Source of the DNA: Vibrio cholerae ATCC 14035
GTDB taxonomy: Bacteria > Pseudomonadota > Gammaproteobacteria > Enterobacterales > Vibrionaceae
Direction: 5' to 3'
Length of the DNA stretch: 32,000 bases
Assembly: GCF_000621645.1 (NCBI RefSeq)
Contig: NZ_JHXR01000014.1
Location: 60,001-92,000 of the forward strand
In this document: positions 8,218 to 17,045 of the stretch, piece by piece
Layout of the letters: every line of letters starts with the position of its first letter
Position numbering within the stretch: position 1 is the first letter of the stretch
Made by a program: the position numbers and the translations under genes
Notes under the pieces: generated by a model
The model's input: the letters and a program-made list of their open reading frames with translations, nothing else
Told to the model about the DNA's origin: nothing
Database searches by the model: none

Positions 8218-8763
8218 ATGCAAGGCATTATCTATACCGTTCTCTCCGATATGGTGATTGAAAAGTTTGGTGTGCTGTTTTGGGACCAGATGCTAGAAGA
8301 TTTGAAACCCAGCTCAGAAGGGGTGTACACCTCTGGCCAGCAATACAACGACGATGAGTTACTGGCCATGGTGGGTTATTTGAGTGAGAAAGCCCAAATC
8401 CCTGCGCCTGATTTAGTCCGTGCTTATGGTGAATACCTGTTTACCCATTTATTTAATAGCTTGCCGGAAAACTACCCGCATAAAAGCGACCTCAAAACCT
8501 TCCTGCTTTCGGTGGATAAAGTGATACACAAAGAAGTGCAACGACTCTATCCCAATGCTTACTTGCCTCAGTTTGAAAACCGAGTTGAAGAGAAAACGCT
8601 GACCATGAGTTACTACTCGAAACGACAATTGTGCGCGGCGGCGGAAGGGTTAATTTTAGGCGCGGCCAAGCAATTTAATCAGCCGGTAAAAATTACTCAG
8701 CCCGTCTGCATGCATTGCGGGGCTGACCACTGTGAGATTGTAGTGGAATTTTTGCCATCATGA
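8218..8763 (+). CDS. hnoX: H-NOX haem NO/O2-binding sensor protein
   Basis: The N-terminus MQGIIYTVLSDMVIEKFG is characteristic of H-NOX. There is a proximal-His context VIHKEV, a Y-x-S-x-R motif (YYSKR) and a C-terminal Cys cluster CMHCGADHC. The ATG at 8218 gives 181 aa. The ORF-track start at 8188 adds 10 residues that do not belong to the family. Confidence 0.9.
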   Translation: MQGIIYTVLSDMVIEKFGVLFWDQMLEDLKPSSEGVYTSGQQYNDDELLAMVGYLSEKAQIPAPDLVRAYGEYLFTHLFNSLPENYPHKSDLKTFLLSVDKVIHKEVQRLYPNAYLPQFENRVEEKTLTMSYYSKRQLCAAAEGLILGAAKQFNQPVKITQPVCMHCGADHCEIVVEFLPS

Positions 8764-9707
8764 GTGCCGAAGCGCAATATCAACGCATTTACGAGCGAGA
8801 ACGTAAAGCTCGGATCCTCGCGGAAAAACTCCTTGAGGAGAAAAGCCGCGCCTTGTACGACAAAGTGCTGGAGCTGCAATCCACGTTAGAGCAGTTGAAT
8901 GGCGCTCAGGCGCAGCTATTGCAGTCAGAAAAAATGGCGTCAGTCGGTCAGTTGGCCGCTGGGGTCGCCCATGAAATCAATAATCCGATTGGATTTTGTC
9001 TGAGTAATTTGAATACCTTGCGTGATTATACCGAGGTGTTTGCTCAGTTAGCGGATTTCGTTGAGCAGTCAGCGCCAAGTTTTGAAGGCAGTGAGTTTTA
9101 TCAAGCTTGGATGCGCTTTAAACAGCAGCATGATTTGGCGTTTGTGCGCGAAGATGTGCTCAGCCTTGTCGAAGAAAGTGCCAGTGGTTTGCATCGGGTT
9201 AAAGACATTGTCACTAGCCTACAAAGTGTCTCGCACAGCAGTGATGGCCGTTTTGCGGAATGCAATCTCAACGACTGCATAGAATCGGCACTGCGCATTG
9301 TGTGGAATCAGTTTAAATACACCATGCTGGTTGATCGGCAACTCGCTGAGAATCTACCCAAGATCAAAGGGATTGCCCCTGAAATACAGCAGGTGCTGAT
9401 GAATATGTTCATCAATGCTTCCCACGCTTGTGATGAGCACGGCGAGTTAACCATTACCACCGATACCTTGAATGAGAAGGGCAAAGCTTGGGTACAGGTG
9501 CAAATTGCGGATAATGGCCATGGGATTTCACCAGAACACTTAGCCAAAATTTTTGACCCCTTTTTCACCACCAAACCGGTCGGGGTTGGAACCGGGCTGG
9601 GGTTATCCATCGCGTTTGGAATTGTGGAAAAACATCAAGGTAAGATCTCGGTGACCTCAGAAGTGGGGCAGGGAACACGGTTTACCTTATTGTTCCCTGC
9701 GATCTGA
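8760..9707 (+). CDS. hnoK: H-NOX-associated soluble histidine kinase
   Basis: A 4-bp ATGA overlap with hnoX indicates translational coupling. H-box AAGVAHEINNPIGF, N-box MNMFINASHA, and G-boxes DNGHGI and GVGTGLGLS. There is no TM segment and no receiver domain. Confidence 0.85.
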   Translation: MSAEAQYQRIYERERKARILAEKLLEEKSRALYDKVLELQSTLEQLNGAQAQLLQSEKMASVGQLAAGVAHEINNPIGFCLSNLNTLRDYTEVFAQLADFVEQSAPSFEGSEFYQAWMRFKQQHDLAFVREDVLSLVEESASGLHRVKDIVTSLQSVSHSSDGRFAECNLNDCIESALRIVWNQFKYTMLVDRQLAENLPKIKGIAPEIQQVLMNMFINASHACDEHGELTITTDTLNEKGKAWVQVQIADNGHGISPEHLAKIFDPFFTTKPVGVGTGLGLSIAFGIVEKHQGKISVTSEVGQGTRFTLLFPAI

Positions 9708-9716
9708 ATGGCGCGT

Positions 9717-11894
9717 TCAGTCGGATTGAGAATCGACCTTGACAGCAAACTTGCTGGCGAGCATGTGCAGCTCAGGCAGCATGCGATAAATCAAGTGCAG
9801 CTGTTGCAGTACCATGCGCGCCGAGCCTTCATCATCCTCACGCCACTCAGCAAGACGTTTCTCTAGCCCTGAGCTATCAATACCGCTGGTATCACACTCT
9901 TCACAGTGGTTGGACAACTGTTGATGCAGCAAGTCGAGATGCTGATGGATCACGCGATGTGAATCGAGTACCAACTGATGCACGGTTTCATCATCCAGCC
10001 GGGTTCGATGTGCTCCAAGCGCCGAGATATAACTGAGCAGCGCGTGGTTAAGGGTCAGGAAACGAAAGCTCTCATCGGCCGCCGCACGATAACGCCCCGG
10101 CTCCGCCAGCATATTGGTGACCGCGGCAGAAAGCGCGGCATCTTGGTTGTGGGCATGACGCCGCGCAATCCGGTAACTCAAGCTGTCTTTTTTACCAATC
10201 CGATATTGACCAATGATCTGCGCCAAGTACTGCTTATTGGCATCAATCGCTTCCGCCATCACTTTATGCAGCCGTTTCGATTGCCAGTCTGGCAGAATGA
10301 GCACCACGGCCGCTACCGCCAAGGCGCAGCCAATGAGGGTATCTGCCAATCTTGGTAATACCACCGCATAGCCTTCACCTAACTGATTGAAACAAAACAG
10401 CACCAATAAGGTGATAAAACCGGTCGCGTAGCCGTAGTTGTTGAGGCGAAACGCAAAAAACATCACACCGGAGAAGACAATAAACACCAATTGGCTCTCT
10501 TGTGATGGGAAGAAGGTGAGTAGCGGCACGCCAATCAGCAAGCCGGCCAAGGTGCCTATGATTCGCGCGGTGAGTTTTTGCTTGGTTGCGGCGTAGTTTG
10601 GCTGGCAAACAAACAGGGTGGTGAGCAAAATCCAGTAACCGCGCTCAATGCCGAACCCTTGGATGATCGCATAGCCCAAGGTGAGCGTGATGGACAAGCG
10701 CAGCGCATGGCGAAATAACAGCGAATCTTTATTGAGATTGGCGCGAATACGTTGCCACATGCTGCCTAAGGTGTGCGCTTCAGTGTCATCCAGTACCCCT
10801 TCTTCGGGTTTGGCCACATCCGGGTTACTGACGTTATTGAGCTGTTTTTCTACGGTCGCTAAGTTATTGAATAAATAGCCTAATTGACCCAAAAGACTTT
10901 TCCAATCTCGTCTCTCTTGTTGGCGAAGATAGCTGAGTGATAACTGCAGTTCATCCAGCGCGACAATCGAAGCAGAGTCGTGCTGGTAACTGTGCCCAAG
11001 ACGAATCGATTGAGCGATATCGCGGCACGCTTTCGCTTGCGTCTCCAATAAATATTTAAAGCGGAACAGAATGTCTGAGCGGCCAAAGTGATCGGCTAGC
11101 TCTTGGTAACGGTAATGGCTGGAGCTCACTCGTTCGTGAATGTCTTGCGCCAGAAAATAGATGTTTAAAAAGCGATCGCTGGCGCTGTCCACATGCCCCC
11201 GTTTGGAGCGGGTCAGAAACACCGCCTTGCACTGGTTTAACGCATTGACTGTCGCGGCGTTAAGATTGGCCTCAATGATCCGGTGTGGCTGCGGGATCAT
11301 GTTGGAAACCGGGTGGAAAAGGGTGGATTTCGCCTCTAAATAATTGGCCAGTTGCAGAAACACGTTAGCGAGGTTTTGTTGTACGGGCTGCATTGGCCAA
11401 AAGGCATGCCACAGCATCGACATCAAGTAGTACCAAGCGCTGCCGCTGAGTAAAAGTAACGGCTGAAACCAGATATTCGTGCTTTGATGGGCACCGAGCA
11501 TGGTGTACACGGCAACCAGTAGAGAAGCAAACGCGATGCTGGCGTAGCGTGCCCCCATAGCGCCGAGCATGATAAAACCAAAACTTGAGGTGAATAGACC
11601 AAGCGCAAACAGCCACGGGGTTTGAAACAGAATCTCAATCGAGAAAGCGGCAATCGCAAAGCAGATCAAAGTGAGAATGATGGATTTCAAACGGCCACTA
11701 AAGCGGTCATCTCGATCGGCGAGTGCCGCGGCAATCACCCCGAGAATCAAAGGGGTGATCCAAGTGTTGAGCTGATAATACCAAGCGGGGATCACCACAC
11801 CCAGTAAAGTCAATAAGATCAAGACACTGTAGTTAACAGTTTTATTTGCCCAATACAGGCGCAGTTGGTTAATTTTCGGCACAGCGCAGCACAT
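9717..11894 (-). CDS. yccS: YccS/YhfK-family (FUSC-like) inner-membrane protein
   Basis: About 725 aa, with two clusters of TM helices separated by large soluble regions. The N-terminus resembles E. coli YccS. The yccS-helD adjacency is as in E. coli. Confidence 0.8.
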   Translation of the reverse strand: MCCAVPKINQLRLYWANKTVNYSVLILLTLLGVVIPAWYYQLNTWITPLILGVIAAALADRDDRFSGRLKSIILTLICFAIAAFSIEILFQTPWLFALGLFTSSFGFIMLGAMGARYASIAFASLLVAVYTMLGAHQSTNIWFQPLLLLSGSAWYYLMSMLWHAFWPMQPVQQNLANVFLQLANYLEAKSTLFHPVSNMIPQPHRIIEANLNAATVNALNQCKAVFLTRSKRGHVDSASDRFLNIYFLAQDIHERVSSSHYRYQELADHFGRSDILFRFKYLLETQAKACRDIAQSIRLGHSYQHDSASIVALDELQLSLSYLRQQERRDWKSLLGQLGYLFNNLATVEKQLNNVSNPDVAKPEEGVLDDTEAHTLGSMWQRIRANLNKDSLLFRHALRLSITLTLGYAIIQGFGIERGYWILLTTLFVCQPNYAATKQKLTARIIGTLAGLLIGVPLLTFFPSQESQLVFIVFSGVMFFAFRLNNYGYATGFITLLVLFCFNQLGEGYAVVLPRLADTLIGCALAVAAVVLILPDWQSKRLHKVMAEAIDANKQYLAQIIGQYRIGKKDSLSYRIARRHAHNQDAALSAAVTNMLAEPGRYRAAADESFRFLTLNHALLSYISALGAHRTRLDDETVHQLVLDSHRVIHQHLDLLHQQLSNHCEECDTSGIDSSGLEKRLAEWREDDEGSARMVLQQLHLIYRMLPELHMLASKFAVKVDSQSD

Positions 11895-12044
11895 TCATCA
11901 GTGTAGAAAGGGCAAAGTCTAGCAGATTACACCAATAAGATTCTGATCAAGATAAAGAAAACCTCGGTTTGTTGCTTCTGCGCTATGCTCGTTAACCGTT
12001 AAGAATATTGACATTATCTTTTCATCGGCACCGGAGTTTGGGGT

Positions 12045-14144
12045 ATGATTGCCGACAACTTTGTTAGTGGGCTTTTACCAATGCAGCTGAATGCGAATAA
12101 GACTGCACAATTTTTTATTGCCAATGAATATTACCAAGTCCAGCTTGAGAAAGAGTGGTTGGTGTTAACTTCGCTCAGTAGCGAAGAACGTATTCCCTTT
12201 CATGTCTGGAACGGTGAAGTGCAGATCCGCAGAGGCGTGTTTTGGGGAACGTTGCAGTTTTTTGCTCATCCCGAAGAGGGCGTGCAGCGCAGTTGGCTGG
12301 TACAAGGTCTTCCTTGGCCGGAGTGTCGCCATTTTGCGCACCAATTAGTGGCGCATTATCAAGCGTGGCACAATCGCCAATGTGAGCAATTAAGTCTCTA
12401 TTTTCCGCGTTGGCAGCAAGAGTTGTCTCGTCTAAAGCGCCTGCCGTCTTTTCTATCCCACTCCTCCGTTGAAGCTTGGGTCGCGCAAGTGTATGCCGAT
12501 TTAAAACTGATGGACATGACGCTGCATGAAGCGCAAAAACATCTTCCCACGGTTTTCGATACCTTACTGCCTTGGCTGCTCGATACCTCCGCGACGCTGT
12601 ATGAGCGTAATAAAGCTTGGCTAGAGATAGAACGCGCGAACTGGACAGTCTTGTTTTCCCAGTGTGAATCGTCGCCGCTCAATGTCTCGCAGCAATACGC
12701 TGTGCTGCTGAATGACGATCATAACTTAGTGTTGGCGGGCGCAGGTTCAGGTAAAACCAGCGTACTGACTGCGCGCGTTTCCTATTTATTGCAGAGCCAT
12801 TTGGCGAAACCAGAGCAAATTTTGTTGGTCGCTTTTGCACGCGATGCGGCACAAGAGATGGCCGAGCGCTTAAAAAACAAAATTGGTTTGGAAGCTGAGC
12901 GTTTGCACATCAATACCTTCCATCAGTTGGGTCTGCGCATTATCAACCGAGTGGAAGGCAAAACGGTGATCATGTCGCCACTCGCGAATGACAGCAAACT
13001 CAAGCAGGCTTGGTGTATTGATTGGTTAAAGCGCCACTGGATGACCCCGACCAATTTTAAACGCTGGCAAAAACATCTCGCCAAATGGCCGATTGCGTAT
13101 CTGGCAGGGGATGATGAGCTGGGTAGCCACGTCGAAAACCCGAAATTGATCGCATGGCTCGAGAAGCAGCTCGATCAATTGGCACAAATGGGATTGAGTA
13201 AAAAAGAGCTGCAAGAGCGGCTGGTGGATCACGATGACTATCCACGCTTAAACAGCGAGCTTTCCTTATGCTGGCCGTGCTATCAAGCGTGGCAGCAGAT
13301 GCTTAAAGATCAAAACCAAATTGATTTCAACATCATGATCACTAGAGCGACCGAGTATGTCGAAAAAGGCAAATTCCGCTCGCCGTGGAAATTTATCATG
13401 GTTGATGAGTATCAAGACATCTCGCCGCAGCGTTTACGCTTGCTACAAGCGCTGTGTGAGCAAAACCAAGGCCAGTGTAACCTGTTTGCGGTCGGTGATG
13501 ATTGGCAATCCATCTACCAATTTGCGGGTTCCGATGTGGATTTGACCACCGGTTTTGCGTCGCGTTTTGCGCATTCGACGGTGCACCATCTCGATACTAC
13601 TTATCGTTTTAATGATCAGATTGGTGCGGTCGCCAACCGCTTTATTCAGCAAAATCCGCATCAGTTACCCAAAACGCTCAATAGCTTTAAAACCCAGAAG
13701 CAAAAAGCGGTCATGCTGGCACCGAACCATTCGGTTGAAAAAATATTGGATGAAATCAATCGCTCCACCAATAAGCTGAAAACCGTGCTACTGCTTGGTC
13801 GTAATCACTACCATAAACCTGAATTACTGAAAGATTGGCAGAATCGCTATCTCTCTCTCAAGCTCGATTTTATGACTTGCCATGCCAGCAAAGGCAAAGA
13901 GGCGGATTATGTGATTATTTTGGCGGTCGATGAAGGCCAATTCCCCGCTCGCGTGAAAGCTTTGCATTTGGATGATGCGTTGAATCAAAGTGAGGATGAT
14001 TTCCCGTATGCCGAAGAGCGGCGCTTATTCTATGTCGCGTTGACTCGTGCCAAAGAGAAAGTGTGGGTGACTTATAACGGCAACGGCTCCAGCTTTGTTC
14101 AAGAGCTGTTGAATGATGACTATCCGGTTGTTAAGCAAAAATAG
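12045..14144 (+). CDS. helD: DNA helicase IV (UvrD/Rep superfamily 1)
   Basis: Motif I LVLAGAGSGKTS, motif II FIMVDEYQDIS, and later YRF and LFYVALTRAK. Length (699 aa) and the N-terminal non-helicase domain fit HelD. GGAG lies 8 nt before the ATG. Confidence 0.9.
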   Translation: MIADNFVSGLLPMQLNANKTAQFFIANEYYQVQLEKEWLVLTSLSSEERIPFHVWNGEVQIRRGVFWGTLQFFAHPEEGVQRSWLVQGLPWPECRHFAHQLVAHYQAWHNRQCEQLSLYFPRWQQELSRLKRLPSFLSHSSVEAWVAQVYADLKLMDMTLHEAQKHLPTVFDTLLPWLLDTSATLYERNKAWLEIERANWTVLFSQCESSPLNVSQQYAVLLNDDHNLVLAGAGSGKTSVLTARVSYLLQSHLAKPEQILLVAFARDAAQEMAERLKNKIGLEAERLHINTFHQLGLRIINRVEGKTVIMSPLANDSKLKQAWCIDWLKRHWMTPTNFKRWQKHLAKWPIAYLAGDDELGSHVENPKLIAWLEKQLDQLAQMGLSKKELQERLVDHDDYPRLNSELSLCWPCYQAWQQMLKDQNQIDFNIMITRATEYVEKGKFRSPWKFIMVDEYQDISPQRLRLLQALCEQNQGQCNLFAVGDDWQSIYQFAGSDVDLTTGFASRFAHSTVHHLDTTYRFNDQIGAVANRFIQQNPHQLPKTLNSFKTQKQKAVMLAPNHSVEKILDEINRSTNKLKTVLLLGRNHYHKPELLKDWQNRYLSLKLDFMTCHASKGKEADYVIILAVDEGQFPARVKALHLDDALNQSEDDFPYAEERRLFYVALTRAKEKVWVTYNGNGSSFVQELLNDDYPVVKQK

Positions 14145-14170
14145 AATTTGGAATAATTTTAAATGGAGAG

Positions 14171-14196
14171 AAAAGGCGAGCTAAGCTCGCCTTTTT
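14171..14196. terminator. Bidirectional intrinsic terminator between convergent helD and the cytochrome b gene
   Basis: AAAA-GGCGAGC-TAA-GCTCGCC-TTTTT. This is a 7-bp GC-rich stem flanked by an A-run and a T-run. Confidence 0.75.
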
Positions 14197-14199
14197 CAA

Positions 14200-14736
14200 T
14201 TAAGACTGTTCACTATTTTGTGAAGATGTTTTATGCCCGATCAGCATTCCATGCACATAAGGATGCCCAGTAAATTTAGACATAATAATGACCGCTGACA
14301 CATGGACGGCAACGGCAGCCATGGTCAGATTAGCTAAGGTTTCATGCACCTCTTTAATCCAGTCTTCACCCCAAAACAGATCCCACTCACTCATCCAACC
14401 CGATAAACCGGTGGCGAGCAGTAAAAACCACATTGCCCAAATCATAATCGCACCAGCAGGGTTATGCCCAGTGTGATTATCTTGTTTGGTTCGCACCACT
14501 TCTTTAATGTGCTCAATGGCTTTGGGAATGGATGGCGTAAAAGCCGTTAGCCGAGCAGGGGAGTGAGTGATTCCCCCCCAGCCTAAACGCAGGATAATGG
14601 CTCCCATAACCACATAGCCAACCCATTCGTGTAAATCACTGCCCTCTTCAATTGCAAAAAAATTAGCCAAGAAAAGGGCGGCAACCAACCAATGCGTTAC
14701 TCGAACAAAAAGATCCCATGTGTATGGTTTAGCCAT
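14200..14736 (-). CDS. Cytochrome b561-family membrane protein (Ni/Fe-hydrogenase b-type cytochrome subunit-like)
   Basis: Four predicted TM helices with conserved His residues (VTHW, HEW, ..HNPAG, AVHV). An 8-bp overlap with the upstream PepSY ORF suggests translational coupling. Confidence 0.75.
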   Translation of the reverse strand: MAKPYTWDLFVRVTHWLVAALFLANFFAIEEGSDLHEWVGYVVMGAIILRLGWGGITHSPARLTAFTPSIPKAIEHIKEVVRTKQDNHTGHNPAGAIMIWAMWFLLLATGLSGWMSEWDLFWGEDWIKEVHETLANLTMAAVAVHVSAVIIMSKFTGHPYVHGMLIGHKTSSQNSEQS

Positions 14737-15013
14737 CTTTTTCCTCTTTTACTTTCTCCATATTGGTTGGGTTGAAATAGATTTCGACTCGTTTACCCTC
14801 TTGGTCGTGACCATACAATTCATAGCAACTGGTTTTGGTGATTTTGAACACTTTAATCTTATAGCCCATATCTTCCACTTGTTGCTGAGCTTGTTCAAAA
14901 GGAATCCAACTGCTTTCGGGTTCTATTGTACAAGTCGGGTCAGCGAATGCTGCCGCAGAAACTAAGCCAAGAGAAGTAATAGCGAACAGACGAGAAATTT
15001 TGAGTAGTGACAT
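14729..15013 (-). CDS. Secreted PepSY-domain protein
   Basis: The ATG at 15013 is preceded by AAGGAG with 6-nt spacing. Signal peptide MSLLKISRLFAITSLGLVSAAAFA, followed by a PepSY-like core (GYKIKVFKI..CYELYG.D..GKRVEIYF.P). The ORF-track start at 15046 lacks an SD. Confidence 0.7.
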   Translation of the reverse strand: MSLLKISRLFAITSLGLVSAAAFADPTCTIEPESSWIPFEQAQQQVEDMGYKIKVFKITKTSCYELYGHDQEGKRVEIYFNPTNMEKVKEEKDG

Positions 15014-15066
15014 AATGCGCTCCTTTACGTTATGCATTGATCTCATCCTACCGATTCAAGCTTAAT

Positions 15067-15102
15067 GAATACTTAAGAGAATACTTAAGAGAATAGTTAG
15101 AG
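15067..15102. promoter_or_regulatory. Three tandem 12-bp direct repeats (GAATACTTAAGA x2, then GAATAGTTAGAG) upstream of the PepSY/cytochrome b operon
   Basis: Units at 15067-15078, 15079-15090 and 15091-15102, plus a weaker CTTAA-containing unit to the left. On the minus strand the array ends where a -35 element would sit, relative to a TAGGAT -10-like hexamer. Confidence 0.35.
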
Positions 15103-15135
15103 GAGGTTCAGAATTGAACTCAGTCAGCGTAGCGC

Positions 15136-15165
15136 AATAAAAAAGGTTTGCTTGAGCAAACCTTT
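15136..15165 (-). terminator. Intrinsic terminator downstream of dgkA
   Basis: The minus strand reads AAAGGTTTGC-TCAA-GCAAACCTTT followed by TTTTATT. The stem is GGTTTGC/GCAAACC. Confidence 0.75.
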
Positions 15166-15185
15166 AAATCAACATGAGGGAATAT

Positions 15186-15542
15186 TTACAGTAGGATCCA
15201 CGTCCAAGTAAACGCGGCAAAACAGAGCGAAACAAAAACCGCAGCAGAGCCAATATCTTTAGCTCGCCCGCTCAATTCGTGACGTTCAGCACCAATGCGA
15301 TCCACCACAGCTTCAATCGCTGAGTTGAGTAATTCCGCAATCAAGATCAACACTAAACTGCCCACCATTAACACCTGTTCAATCGTGCTTACGGGCAGAA
15401 AAAAACTCAACGCGATCAAAGGGAGTGCTAAGGTAACTTCCTGACGAAACGCGGCTTCATTTTTCCATGCAGCGGCAAAGCCTTTCATCGAATATCCAGT
15501 GGCGTAAATAATGCGACTGAAGCCAGTACGAGAGTGTTTCAT
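15186..15542 (-). CDS. dgkA: Diacylglycerol kinase
   Basis: Near-collinear with E. coli DgkA: TGFSRIIYATGYS.KG...AW.NEAAFRQE ... LNSAIEAVVDRIG.E.HELSGRAKD.GSAAV. Confidence 0.95.
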   Translation of the reverse strand: MKHSRTGFSRIIYATGYSMKGFAAAWKNEAAFRQEVTLALPLIALSFFLPVSTIEQVLMVGSLVLILIAELLNSAIEAVVDRIGAERHELSGRAKDIGSAAVFVSLCFAAFTWTWILL

Positions 15543-15744
15543 GTGGAGAACTCAGTTAGTCAGTGGAAATAAGCGCGTGATTATATACTCTTAACGGAAA
15601 CATCGGCAGTGTTAATCGGCGTTAAGATAGCGATGAAATCGGTAATCTGTGCCCAAGCTCAAGTCGCAGCGCCAAGTCATTTGGGTATGGAGAAATGGGA
15701 AGATTTCCTTTTCACTCTGCAATGAGTTTTGTAAAGTGGCGGCC

Positions 15745-15788
15745 TATACCCTTCCTACTTAAAGCTGCAACGCTAAGTAGTTTGGGTA
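15745..15788. repeat. Miniature ERIC-like element (termini only, central part missing)
   Basis: TATACCCTTCCTACTTAAAGCTGCAACG..CTAAGTAGTTTGGGTA matches both ends of the full-length ERIC copy at 31466-31592. A second, weaker remnant may lie at 15651-15688. Confidence 0.6.
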
Positions 15789-15846
15789 AAAACCAATAAG
15801 GTCCATTAAATATACATACCCCACTCCCGATAAAGGAAACGAGGCG

Positions 15847-16467
15847 ATGAGCAAAGCACTTCTGTTAGTTGATGTCCAAAATGATTTTTCACCCAGCGGT
15901 GCGCTGCCTGTGCCGGATGGCGATGCGATCGTCCCTGTGATTAATCAATTGCTTCCGCTCTTTGAACATGTGATTGCCACCAAAGATTGGCACCCAGCCA
16001 AACACGCGAGTTTTGCGTCCGTGCAGGGGAAAACTCCGGGCGAAGTCATTGACCTTAATGGCATTCCACAAGTGATGTGGCCTGATCACTGCGTGCAAAA
16101 TACCCATGGTGCAGAATTTATAGCTGGGTTAGATGTGCAGCGAATTACGCATATTGTCACCAAAGGCACCCATCTTGATGTGGACAGCTACAGTGGCTTT
16201 TTTGATAACCAACGTTTCCATGCTACCGGATTGGCCGAATACTTGAGTAATCAGGGAATTTCAGAGGTTTACATTGCAGGTTTGGCGACCGACTACTGTG
16301 TGAAATATACCGCGCTGGATGCGGTTTCCCTCTACTTTAAAACTTGGGTCATTCAGGATGCGTGTCGAGGTGTGGAGCTGAATGCGGGCGATTGCGCGAC
16401 AGCGTGGCACGCGATGCAAACGGCGGGGTGTCAGTTGATCACTTCTCAGCAGTTGCTTGCCGGTTAA
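15847..16467 (+). CDS. pncA: Nicotinamidase/pyrazinamidase
   Basis: ALLLVDVQNDF..GALPVP.GD..V..IN ... KDWHPA.H.SFAS and the CV motif LATDYCVKYT match the isochorismatase-fold PncA family. Confidence 0.9.
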   Translation: MSKALLLVDVQNDFSPSGALPVPDGDAIVPVINQLLPLFEHVIATKDWHPAKHASFASVQGKTPGEVIDLNGIPQVMWPDHCVQNTHGAEFIAGLDVQRITHIVTKGTHLDVDSYSGFFDNQRFHATGLAEYLSNQGISEVYIAGLATDYCVKYTALDAVSLYFKTWVIQDACRGVELNAGDCATAWHAMQTAGCQLITSQQLLAG

Positions 16468-16487
16468 TGCTTTACCTCAGGCTTTAT

Positions 16488-16519
16488 AACCATGGCTATC
16501 TCAAGACATAGCCATGGTT
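16488..16519. terminator. Perfect 12-bp hairpin between convergent pncA and mgsA (terminator-like, no clear U-tract)
   Basis: AACCATGGCTAT-CTCAAGAC-ATAGCCATGGTT. Confidence 0.45.
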
Positions 16520-16535
16520 GCGATTAGGCCAAGTG

Positions 16536-16991
16536 TTAGGTGCGTTCAGCGAGATAAGCTTGGTAATCCGGAATTTCAATTTGCACTTCCTGCTCCATCA
16601 AAGACGATGAAAATAAGAACTTGGCACTTGCGCGGTTGGTGGCGACGGGAATATTCCACACACTGGCGATACGCAGCAGCGCTTTCACATCCGGATCATG
16701 CGGAACGGCATTGAGTGGATCCCAAAAGAAAATCAGCACATCAATTTTGCCTTCAGAAATTAACGCGCCCAGTTGCTGATCACCGCCCATTGGGCCGCTG
16801 ATCATACTTTTGATCGCCAGTCCCGTTTCTTTACTGAGCATATGCCCCGTGGTGCCAGTGGCATACAGGAAATGGCGTTGCAGTTTTTCCTTGTTCTCTG
16901 TTACCCAGCGCAGCAGTTCACCTTTGCAGTTATCGTGAGCCACAAGAGCAACGTGTTTGTGCGCTGCCATAGTGCGGGTGGTTTTTTTCAT
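16536..16991 (-). CDS. mgsA: Methylglyoxal synthase
   Basis: Strong identity to E. coli MgsA: KH.ALVAHD.CK ... LYATGTTG ... [42 protein letters not shown]...VWNIPVATN. Confidence 0.95.
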   Translation of the reverse strand: MKKTTRTMAAHKHVALVAHDNCKGELLRWVTENKEKLQRHFLYATGTTGHMLSKETGLAIKSMISGPMGGDQQLGALISEGKIDVLIFFWDPLNAVPHDPDVKALLRIASVWNIPVATNRASAKFLFSSSLMEQEVQIEIPDYQAYLAERT

Positions 16992-17045
16992 GGGTACATT
17001 TCCTAATGATTTTGGATGAGAGGTTTGATAACCAAATTTTCGAGT

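Noticed and set aside
9671-9720. Inverted repeats GGGAACA-N13-TGTTCCC and CTGAA-N7-TTCAG at the convergent hnoK/yccS ends, considered as a bidirectional terminator.
   Set aside because: The stems are short and there is no U-tract on either strand. The first repeat lies inside the hnoK coding sequence. This is not enough to call a terminator.
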